Origin: the human T2T-CHM13v2.0 reference genome, Homo sapiens
Reading direction: 5' to 3' (one strand)
Length of the DNA stretch: 64,000 bases
Assembly: GCF_009914755.1 (NCBI RefSeq)
Contig: NC_060930.1
Numbering within the stretch: the stretch's first letter is position 1; the number at the start of each line of letters is the position of its first letter. Below are positions 53,161 to 64,000 of this stretch, in pieces. Below the pieces are notes generated by a model. It worked only from the letters and a program-made list of their open reading frames with translations, made no database searches and had not been told where the DNA came from. Made by a program: the position numbers and the translations under genes.

Positions 53161-54579
53161 TGGTCACCTGTGATGGCTGGGCACCATGCTGGACAACGGG
53201 AGGGCGGTGGCCCGTGAGAGTGCTGGAGTTCCTGCACTCACAGAGGTTAGGACTAAAGGGAGAACAGTCCGTTCCGGTCCGGACCTCAGACTTTGGGTAA
53301 GTGTCAGGGTTCAGGGAGGACTTTAAAAATGGCTGGGATTTCTTCCCAGCCATGGCCACATCCCCTCTAAGGTCCCTCAAAGGCTTGTGCTACAAGGTCT
53401 GAGTAGAGCTATCAGGCTTTGGAGGTCACTTATCCCACCAAGGCCTCAAGGGCCCTTTATTCATCCGGCTGCTGGTCCCACCTGGGAGTGGTGCACGTTT
53501 GAGGTATGGACCCTGAAAGACCTAGAAACAAATAATGTGTTTGATAACTTGTTTCTTTTCACATTTGTTTAGAGAAAAAGAGGTTAATTACCACAGTAGC
53601 ATAAAGGCCAATTAACTGTCCACATAATCAGGTTTACCAGTAGCTGCCCTTCCATCCTCCATGCCTGTGGACACCTTGCGGGCAGACAACATTGGAAGCA
53701 TTCATCTGATCCACCGTGCTTCCCGGGCTCCTGAGCCAGGAGGAGCTGTGTACAGTGTTGCCCACACTGTGTCTTCTAATGAAGCCTTTTATTTTATGGT
53801 AGCTGCTGGCAAGAAAGCAGAGGGTGGAAACTCCTCTCCCTCCTCCTTAGTGAATGTTTCCACTGCTGTGATTCCATTTGGATCAGAGTTGATTTTCTGT
53901 GGACTTTCATACACTCTCCATTCTGGGCAGAAGCAGTGAGGTCTCCCTCCAACCATTTCATCTGTGCAGTCAAATCCCACCTTTCCACAAAGGCACCTTC
54001 CCCACCCTGGTTCTCTCTGATGTGTGTGGCCAGTCCTAGGAAAGCATCTAAGGCTTTCAGCTGTATTGAGGTTGCCTGTGTCCAGCCTGAGCCCAGCGCC
54101 TGGCACCCAGCAGGTGCTCTATAAATCTTTGCAGATGGAGGAAGGCAGGGGGAGGCTTGGCTTCCACTGTGCATCTGGCCACATCCAGGAGAGAGGAGGA
54201 TTTTCCTGTCTTGGGTCTTGCTGAAGTCCCCCTGGCATGAGAGGCTCACACCCAGGCCAGTCATCACCTCTGCCCACCTTCTTTTTCCAGATAAGTCGAA
54301 GACTGTGAGTTGGTGAGGTGAGACTTCAGTGTCCTCTGGGTTATGAGGGGATAAGGACGAGATCTCTCAGAGAACTGAAGTTGTGACTGGCCTCCCTGCA
54401 GACAAAGCCTGGCTCTCAGGCAGGTTCGGGGGGTTTGGTCACCAGTAGCAGCCCTTTGGTCCCTGCGACCCCTGGCGTCCCTGTTCAGTGTGCCGTGTGT
54501 CCACCCGGACTTCGGATCTTTCCATGGTGCCAGCCTGGCCTTTTACTTTCATGCAGCTGCTCCACAGCAGGGGCAAAAA

Positions 54580-55105
54580 AACACAACACCTCACAACACC
54601 GTATCTCACAACACCACATCTCACTGCACGACACCACACCTCACCCCACAACACCCACCACACACACACTGCGTAACACTCCATAACACCACATCTCACG
54701 TCACAGCATCACACCTTACGATACCACACATCACCTGAGAACACCGCACCTCACCTCACAACACCACAACCCTCAGCAAACAACATAATACCTCACCACA
54801 TAACACCACACCTCACCTCATAGCCCCACACTTTACCACACAACACCTCACCGCACAAAACTGCATCCTCCACCAGATAATACCACATCACTCTGCACAA
54901 CACCAAACCTTACCACATAACACACACCTCATCTCACAATGCCACATCTCACCACACCACACCTCACCTCACAATACCACATCTTTCATCTTAAAATACC
55001 ACACCTCATCTCACAAGACCACACCACACCACGCCACACCACATAGCACCACAGCAACACACAATACCACACAGCACCACTTCACACTCACCCACCCACT
55101 CCAAC
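54580..55105. repeat. (CACCA/CACCT/CACAA)n degenerate pentamer repeat
   Basis: Direct reading. Confidence 0.9.
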
Positions 55106-55772
55106 TCAATTTCAACCCAGTAGTACGTTACCTGTGAATGAATGCTGGGACCACCAGGGTCCCCCAGAAGGCAGTCATAACAATCTGCCCAGCTGGAGGG
55201 AGAAACAAATGTTTGTTTGGACAATTTGCATCCGCTCCTTCATACTACTTCTTCAAACCGGATAAAAGAGAACTCTGTATAATATACACAGAAACTCCTG
55301 TTACTGGCAGAATCTTAAAATATTTATACAGCATACAAACAATACCAAGGAATTTCCTACAAGCTATATATTGACTTCATAAACACAAGGCCATTATGTA
55401 TTTGTCTTAATTATACACAACAAGTTATTGATTACAGTACAGTAAAATCTGAAGGCAAAAATCTCAAGATCAACACTTCTGTATACACTGTGCTGTTGCA
55501 AATGGCTACTGCGATAAGCTAGGAGATCAACCCGTGGCACTGTTAATCTCAGAGGCTGAAGATGCATGGACTTTGGGAACCTGGGGCCTCTCTGTGTGGC
55601 TAGAGAGGGAGTTAGCTCAGCCTGGTGGGTGTGATGGGTGTGTCCCGCTGTCCACACAGGAGGGCACTCATCTGGTGGGCCATGTTGCCGGGAGACCCTG
55701 AAGCACCTGGGTAAGCTGCTGTGTCCTCAGCCTTGGCCACTTCCCATGTGCCAGTGAGTGACGTTCAGGGTT

Positions 55773-56245
55773 TGTATTAGTCAGGGTTCTCTAGAGGGAC
55801 AGTAGTAATGGAATATATATATGTCACATGTGTGTATACACACGCACACATGTAAGGGGGAGTTTATTAAGTATTAACTCACACAATCATAAGGTCCCAC
55901 CATAGGCCATCTGCAGGCTGAAGAGAAAGGAGAGCCAGTCTGAGTTCCAAAACTGAAGAACTTGGAGTTCGCTGTTCAAGGGCAGGAAGCGTCCAGCACG
56001 GGAGAAGGATGTGGCTGGGAGGCTAGGCCAGCCTCTCTTTTCACATTTTTCTGCCTGCCTGCTTTATAGTCTAACCTCACTGGCAGTTGATTAGATTGTG
56101 CCCACCCAGATTAAGGGTAGGTCTGTCTTTCCCAGCCCACTCACTCAAATGTGAATCTCCTTTTTTAACACCCTCACAGACACACCCAGGATTGATACTT
56201 TGTATCCTTCAATCCAATCAAGTTGACACAGTATAAACTATCTCA
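55773..56245 (-). mobile_element. MLT2A ERVL solo LTR
   Basis: TGTATTAGTCAGGGTTCTCTAGAGGGACAG...AAGTTGACACAGTATAAACTATCTCA; perfect TSD GGGTT at 55768-55772 and 56246-56250. Confidence 0.92.
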
Positions 56246-56533
56246 GGGTTCCTCACAGGAAGGAGATTGCGGCAGAGAATGTGGTGTTCCTTGCCCTTCC
56301 TCTCTCTGCTCTGCTCCCACCTTGGGCCACCACTGTGTCCCTCAGTACCATTTCTATTTCAGATTCCAGTATGTTCAAAAATAAAAAGAAAGTAAATGGT
56401 GCTTCTTCCCAGAAAATGTTTGTCCATTTCTGAGGTACATGTTTATTTTAATGTCATTTATCTCTGGGAATAAAGAATAACCCCCATAAGAATAACCCCC
56501 AACCACCCAAGTGGATAAAAACCAAAAATGTTC

Positions 56534-56892
56534 TGTCTTGGTCCATTTATGCTGCAGTAGCAGAATACCTGCACTGAGTAATTTATATTGACTCATGGTT
56601 ATGGAGGCTGGGAAGTCCAACAGCATGGTACCAGCATCTGGTGAGGGCCTTTGTGCTGTGTCATCCCATGGTGGAAAGCAGAAGGGCAAAAGAGGGCAAC
56701 AGTGAGAGAGGGCAGGGAGGGTTGAACTTGCTTTTATAACAAACCTACTCCCACAATAATGACATTAATCCCTTCATGAAGACAGAGCTCTCATGGCCTA
56801 AACACCTCCCTTGAGCCCTACCTTCCAACACTGTTGCACTGGGAATTAAATTTCCAAACACATGAACTTTGAGGGACACATTGAAACCACAC
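56534..56892 (-). mobile_element. MST (MSTB/C-like) MaLR solo LTR
   Basis: TGTCTTGGTCCATTTATGCTGC...GGAGGCTGGGAAGTCCAA...CAGCATCTGGTGAGGGCC...CATGAACTTTGAGGGACACATTGAAACC. Confidence 0.85.
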
Positions 56893-57489
56893 CACCTTCC
56901 TAGTCTCAAGTCCAACTTACTAAGTGATCTTATATATGCTACATGTCATTTTTAGGCTCTTAGACTCTGAAAAACAGGGTCCTTAAGTTGTCTTTGTTAA
57001 TGTTCAAAGTAAGGCTCAGACACATCTGTTACACAATGGGTTACAGAGGAAAGTGGATTGACCATGATAGAATGTCTTCATCAATAACTGAGAGGCAGGA
57101 GGACATACGTACATGTGGATGAGTCTAGTTCAGCATTGTCCATGTGACAGCTGGCCCCTCTCTGATCATGCTCCTTGAGCATGAGAACTTTGGGAAAGGA
57201 GCCATATTGATGTTCTGCTGGGAGGGAAAAGACTGCGTGGCCAGCCAGGAGAGGCAGCATGCAAGGGAGACCTGATGTGGTCCAGCCAGGCGACGCAGCA
57301 TGCAGGGGAGACCTGATGTGGTCCTGCTGCCAGGGGCTGGAGCCCTTCAGTCATCACCTGAGGTCCTTCAGTGCAGCCCTGAAGTGACGCTGCTCCAGAA
57401 CTCATGTCCATACCCCACCCTTCATCTGGCTGTGGGTGCCACATCCACGGCCCCTGCTCTCCAGGCAGGCTGTATACATGTCTTCCCAA

Positions 57490-57645
57490 CTCCAGTCCCT
57501 CTAGAGAAGTTCAGAGGCTTCAGGTTGGTGGCTTGAAATTGGCCATGATGGGATCATTTTCACCATGGAAATTGGCAAATACTACAAGTCAGAGCTCTAT
57601 TCTTTTCAAAGAGCAGGTTGTTGAAAATTTACTAGCTCATTACTG
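57490..57645. mobile_element. MER63-like hAT fragment
   Basis: GGCTTGAAATTGGCCATGATGGG...CACCATGGAAATTGGCAAATACTACAAGTCAG...GGTTGTTGAAAATTTACTAGC. Confidence 0.6.
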
Positions 57646-59519
57646 AATCCAGTCATCTATCTTTCCTACTGTTCAACCATTTCACCACCTCACCATCTAT
57701 TTACCTCAGCCATTAAGGCCAGATGAATCCATTTGGAAATGACCAGGTCAACCAAGGAATTAGATGTAGCAAAACCTTGCTGACACATGTAAATGACTCA
57801 AGCAGAATCTCACTTGATTTTAATGATTTTTGAATTTTCCATTTATTTACAGCTGTCTCATCCACACTTAAATCAGTGTACATGTTTAGTGAATTTCCTT
57901 TATGGTATCTTTTCAAAGCATTCAGCTTAGATTACATGGACATAATGCCTCTGTTTTCACATGCATATTTTCTCACAATGAGGCTTATCTAGATACATAA
58001 GGCAATGACAATAATAAGCCCAATTGGAACAGATGATTCTGCAGGCAAACGCGGCCTGCTTTGGGGGTGTGCACGGTGTACATGCACATGTCCACCGGTG
58101 GGCGGCGGGCCACCATGATGGAGGTGCACAGGAGCACCTACTGCACTGTTGGGGGTCTCTGCCCTCTGTTCCAGGGACCAAGTGCTTCCTCCTGGTGGTC
58201 CCAGAGAGTTTTGCTAGGCTCACCCTACACTCAGTCGCAGGTCTTCCAAGACTCGCAATTTCCTGCAAAGCTTGAAACGCAGTGGGAGGCATTGCCTGAG
58301 TCCTGTCTGCTTCTGGGCAGCGCCTTCTCTGTCACAACTGCTGAGAGCATTTGTTGCCAGCCGCCTCTGCCCCCTCCTTTAGAAAGAGTGGCATGGCCCT
58401 CGTTACCTCTTGGTGGTACTGTTGACCAAGGGGCCTGCATTCCCTGGCTGAGGTCAGGAAGGACCCACGTGGGGACAGCTAAAAGATCGTCTCTCCTTGG
58501 ACTCTTAGCTGAATGATCCGAGGAGACAAAATGAAGCTTTGAGTAAATTAATTCTAATGTCAAGACTGCTCTAAGTGTGGCCCAGAGCAGGAGCACAAAT
58601 GGAGGCTCAGATGCACACACCTAGGTACTGGAGAGATGTAAACCAAGATGTGAACCAAGGCATCTTGCCTCCCTTCCCCGCTGAATCTTACTGGAAAACT
58701 TCTTCCTGTCATCTGGCCATATGTCAATGTGAGAAAGCCTTTATTTTCAGCCCTTTTTTGTGAAACAGACTTTTGTTTCATTGAAAAGAAGGAATGCACT
58801 TTTATTTCTGACTTTTGGGGAAGAGGTGCTCTCGTTTTCAGGACAATTGGATAGAATGTGTTTACAGAAGAGTGTCCAATTCTAGTTCCATGAAAGCAGG
58901 GCATAGTGGCCCTGAATTCAGAGCTTTATGAGGGAAACACCGGGTTTTCTGTTTGGAGTCAGTTGGCACTGCTTAGAGAGCGGTGTGGGCACAAGACGTG
59001 TTTGAACATACCAGAGTCAGTGGTGTTCACCACGTATGTAATTAAAGAAAACATGTTCTGCATAAGCTGGGCACGTAGGGCTGTGACTCACACTGAGCAG
59101 ATCTTCGCCAAGGTAGATCTTTGCATTTAGGTTTTCCTTCCTCCGGCTGAATAGGAGGGCAGAGGAGAGAGTGAAGAAAGGATAGTAATATTCTAGCATC
59201 TGAGTGTCTCCACCTGGTTCCCAAGGGCGAGGCCACCTGTGCTTGCAGCCAGGCGCTTCCCGACTTCGTTTCTTTCCGCACATGGCTCTCTGATGCACAC
59301 TTGGATTCCGGGCCCCTTGTCTACAATGGCAGCTGCCTGGGAGCATGACCTAAGAATCCCAGAGTCCTGCATTCCTACTTTGTCACCAACCAAAGGCCTT
59401 AAAGATCTGAGACCTCCGTGCCCCTGCCTCTGTGCCCTTCTGTATTGATTAGTGGAAAAATGGAGCTTATTTGGTAGAATGGTTAAGATCCATTATCTAC
59501 TAATTTAAGGGAAAGGCTA

Positions 59520-59948
<429 letters not shown>

Positions 59949-60143
59949 TTAGAAGTGAAGTGAGACTTTTTTATCAAGACAATGTGTAGAGTCCTGTGTC
60001 CTCCAATTGCCAGTTGTATGGTCTTGGGAAATAACATCTTTCATGTCTCTGAGGCTCAGCTTTTGTCCTCCTCCCAGGGTGATGAAGGGTAGACGAGGTG
60101 GGGTCTCTGTGAGAGGCACCTGGGTGCAGTGGGTACCAGCCAC

Positions 60144-60625
60144 GGGCTGGGAACTCAAATCTCTACTCTGTCTGTGATTGGCCGTGGGACCTTAGGCCGT
60201 CACCTTCACTGCTCTGAGCCCTTGTAGGATGAAGGTAACCTCACCACACAGAGGATTTGGGGGATTCTGTAAGAGCGTGTGTGTTCAACGCTGGCCCAAG
60301 GCATGGGCTGGGAACTCAAATCTCTACTCTGCCTGTGATTGGCCGTGGGACCTTACACCGTCACCTTCACTGCTCTGAGCCTTGTAGGATGAAGGTAACC
60401 TCACCACACAGAGGATTTGGGGGATTCTGTAAGAGCGTGTGTGTTCAATGCTGGCCCAAGGCATGGGCTGGGAACTCAAATCTCTACTCTGTCTGTGATT
60501 GGCCGTGGGACCTTACGCCATCACCTTCACTGCTCTGAGCCCTTGTAGGATGAAGGTAACCTCACCACACAGAGGATTTGGGGGATTCTGTAAGAGCGTA
60601 TGTGTTCAACGCTGGCCCAAGGCAT
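60144..60625 (+). repeat. Tandem triplication of a ~160-bp MIR-like unit
   Basis: Units start at 60144, 60305 and 60465 and differ at only a few positions. Confidence 0.9.
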
Positions 60626-62559
60626 CGTCAGTGCCATTCAAGTCTTTATGGGGATAGGCAGAATGCGCTCAGCAGAAGAAAACTTCTTTTTCTTTTCACC
60701 ATGGTTAAATGTCTAGTTTTACGGATGTAGAACAAAGGAGCCCATTTCCTGATAACCTCTGATTATTTATAACCTGTAAGCACCTCCTGGTTTTCCCATT
60801 TCACCTGAGTGTGGTAAGTCATGAGGAATTATTTCAACAAACGCTTATCACACACCCAGGAGGTGTCACACTTTGGGGAGATGAAGACAAATGAAACATT
60901 TATTTTAGTAAATGTATGAACCCAATAAACAAAGAGATTTTCAGATGCTGTGTGGGGTGCAGGGAGGAGTCGCTTTGTCCTGAAGGTGGAAACATCACAA
61001 CCTGGCCACACCTGCCGTTTGCCCTCAGTCCTTCCTGGACGAGTTCATTTCTCAGATGCAGCTCAGATTGTCATCTTGCTTTAAGATTCTCAAAGGTCTT
61101 TACCACTACTCCATCTTCCAGGACACTGGATGCAGATGCCTTCTGCTGTGGAGTGTTTGTGTGTTGTTTAGAGCACAGGAATCCTGGGCTGCTGCCACCA
61201 GCCAGCCAAGCAGCAGCGCATCCAGGGAGGTGTCAAGGCCAAGTGATAAAGCCAGAAATCTGCTCCTTTTCGGTGGTTTTAAGGTGCTGAAACCTGAACA
61301 GCTCCAGGAGCTTCGTCCTCCTTAGATTTTTTTTATGGGTTAATAAAGTAAATACCTCCTTTCAAAAAGGATGTGTTTAGGAAGCTAAGCTGTTCATTTT
61401 TCAAAGTGAGTGATCTGTTTTACAGAGCTTAGACGCATGTCCAGCCGCCTGCTGTAAATCCTCTCTGGCTGTAAAGGACAATGTAAACAACGTGGGTGCC
61501 GTTTAAACAGTCCCCAGCATGGCACAGGCAGCGCCACTGGAAATGCCTCCATCTTTCTAAAGAGAAACAGATGTTTGAAGAGCGGAGCTGAGCAGAAGCC
61601 ATTCTTCAAACAGAAGATTAAAGCATCTGTCGGGTATGCCGGGCCAGCGACCCTCAGTGGCCACCTCAGCTGGGCCTGCTGGTCACAGCTTCCAGGGTGT
61701 GTGGTGGAGGAGGGCGTTGGGGGGTGGGCGGAGGGGAAGGAGGGAGCTGAGTGCTGATGCCCAGGCCTCTCGGCTACTTCTCATTTCCAGAGTCAGAGTT
61801 ACAGTGGCCCGTGGCCCATGGATGTCCTGCTGGCCTGTCCAGTGTGCTGCCAGCCCATCGGGGGTCCTGTTCACATTCCTAGGGCCTTCCCTGAACATTG
61901 TCCTTTTTATTCCTGATGCCAGTTGTCACTGAGGCCCTGGACAGAGAGCTCACACCTGGCCGGGTCTAGGCGTCCCTGCCCTGTGTCAGACCCTCCAGAG
62001 TCCCTTCCTCTTCCAGGTCCTCCGTCCAGAATTCACCTTCTGAAAGACTGGGGTGCACACCACACACAACATTCCTGGGATTCATGGGAAATAAATGTGC
62101 TCATCTCTTAGGACTAAGAAGGAGAGAACATCATTCCTGCTCTGCAGCTCAGTAAGAATTCCAAAATGTTGATGGAAGAAAGGGGATCAGAAGAGAAGTT
62201 TGCAGGGGATGCCTAGGGTTGAAGAGTCCCTTCTTTTTGCTTTCTCTTGTCCCTTCCCCAAAAAGGTCCATAAGAGAAATTCTTCCTGTGCAAAGCTTTA
62301 GTGAGCCTGGGGCACGGAGGAGCAAATCTGGAAAGGGTGACCTCCAATGATGACCATGCAAGGGGGAGACGTGCGGGGGAGGACGTGGAGGAAGGAGATG
62401 GGCAGGGGAGGACGAGGAAGGGAGGATGTGAAGGAGGAACCTAGAGGAGGGACTGGATGAGGACGTGGATTAGGGATAAAGATGAAGGACAAGGAGGGTG
62501 GGCATGGAGGACAAAAATGGAGCAATGTCATGAAAGGAGGGACATGGTAAGGGTTTTTC

Positions 62560-64000
62560 TTACTGTGAGTCTCGTGGAGAGGGTCTCTTACTGTGAACAT
62601 CAAAGTGTGGGTCTCCATCACTGTGAGCCTTGTGGACAGGGTCACCATCATTGTGAGACTCATGGACAGGGTCTTCATCACTGTGAGCCTCGTGGAGAGG
62701 GTGTCGATCACTGTGAGCCTCCTGGAGAAGGTCTCCATCACTGTGAGCCTCCTGGAGAGGGTCTCCATCACTGTGAGCCTCATGGAGAGGGTCTCCATCA
62801 CTGTGAGCCTCATGGAGAAGGTCTCCATCACTGTGAGCCCCCTGGAGAAGGTCTCCATCACTGTGAGCCTCCTGGAGAAGGTCTCCATCACTGTGAATCT
62901 CCTGGAGAGGGTCTCCATCACTGTGAGCCTCGTGGAGAGGGTCTCCATCACCGTGAGCCTCATGGACAGGGTCTCCATCACCGTGAGCCTCGTGGACAGG
63001 GTCTCCATCACCGTGAGCCTCGAGAACAGGGTCTCCATCACTGTGAACCTCATGGAGAAGGTCTTCATCACTGTGAGCCTCATGGAGAAGGTTTCCATCA
63101 CTGTGAGCCTCGTGGAGAGGATCTCCATCACTGTGAGCCTCGTGGACAGGGTCTCCATCACTGTGAGCCTCGTGGAGAGGATCTCCATCACTGTGAGCCT
63201 CGTGGACAGGGTCTCCATCACTGTGAACCTCATTTAAAAGGTTTTCATCACTGTGAGCCTCATGGAGAAGGTCTCCATCACTGTGAGCCTCATGGAGAAG
63301 GTCTCCATCACTGTGAGCCTCGTGGAGAGGATTTCCATCACTGTGAGCCTCGTGGACAGGGTCTCCATCACCGTGAGCCTTGTGGAGAAGGTCTCCATCA
63401 CTGCGAGCCTCATAGAGAAGGACTTCATCACTGTGATCCTCCTGGAGAGGTTTCCCATCACTGCGAACCTCGTGGACAGGGTCTCCATCACCGTGAGCCT
63501 TGTGGAGAAGGTCTCCATCACCGTGAGCATTGTGGACAGGGTCTCCATCACCGTGAGCCTTGTGGAGAAGGTCTCCATCACTGTGAGCCTTGTGGACAGG
63601 CTCTCCATCACTGTGAGCCTTGTGGACAGGGACTCCATCACTGTGAGCCTCGTGGACAGGGTCTCCATCACTGTGAGCCTCGTGGAGAGGGTCTCCATCA
63701 CTTTGAGACTCGTGGAGAAGGTCTCCATCACTGTGAGCCTCCTGGAAAGGGTCTCCATCACTGTGAGCCTCGTGGAGAAGGTCTCCATCACTGTGAGCCT
63801 CCTGGAGAGTGTCTCCATCACTGTGAACCTCGTGGAGAGGATCTCCATCACTGTGAGCCTCGTGGACAGGGTCTCCATCACTGTGAGCCTCGTGGAGAGG
63901 GTCTCCATCACTGTCAGCCTCGTAGACAGGTTCTCCATCACTGTGAGCCTCGTGGAGAAGGTCTCCCTCACTATGATCCTCCTGGAGAGGGTCTCCATCA
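62560..64000. repeat. 30-bp VNTR (GTCTCCATCACTGTGAGCCTCGTGGAGAGG), about 47 copies, running off the window end
   Basis: Strict 30-bp period with no indels from ~62611 to 64000. Confidence 0.98.

Noticed and set aside
57254-57324. Short direct duplications (also 48520-48561 and 50125-50177)
   Set aside because: Ordinary two-copy slippage duplications with no further structure.
62560-64000. CRISPR-like array (30-bp partly palindromic repeats)
   Set aside because: Units are head-to-tail with no unique spacers, there are no cas genes, and the context is primate.

Overview
Eukaryotic, repeat-rich hominoid (human or great-ape) genomic DNA; AluJ/S/Y, L1PA/L1M and an SVA set the lineage. It reads as a GC-rich, VNTR-dense intergenic or deep-intronic interval of the kind typical of distal chromosome arms. 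I find no convincing protein-coding gene, tRNA, rRNA or CRISPR array; the long ORFs trace to simple repeats, VNTRs, the SVA VNTR or decayed L1 ORF1/ORF2. Main contents: an old + strand L1M (4.4-8.2 kb), a full-length antisense SVA_A-like element with a 16-bp TSD (26.85-28.63 kb), a ~9-kb antisense L1MA with nested L1MA2-like and Alu insertions (41.5-50.6 kb), many MaLR/ERV solo LTRs, DNA-transposon relics and about ten tandem arrays. Most notable structures: a 136-bp inverted duplication with self-hairpinning arms, a 99-bp twin-primed L1 insertion, a triple octamer cluster, two apparently MIR-derived tandem arrays, and a 30-bp VNTR open on both strands except for one shared TTAA stop. I see no solid evidence for a new biological system. 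Repeat subfamily names come from remembered consensus sequences, not a database search, and most boundaries are approximate.
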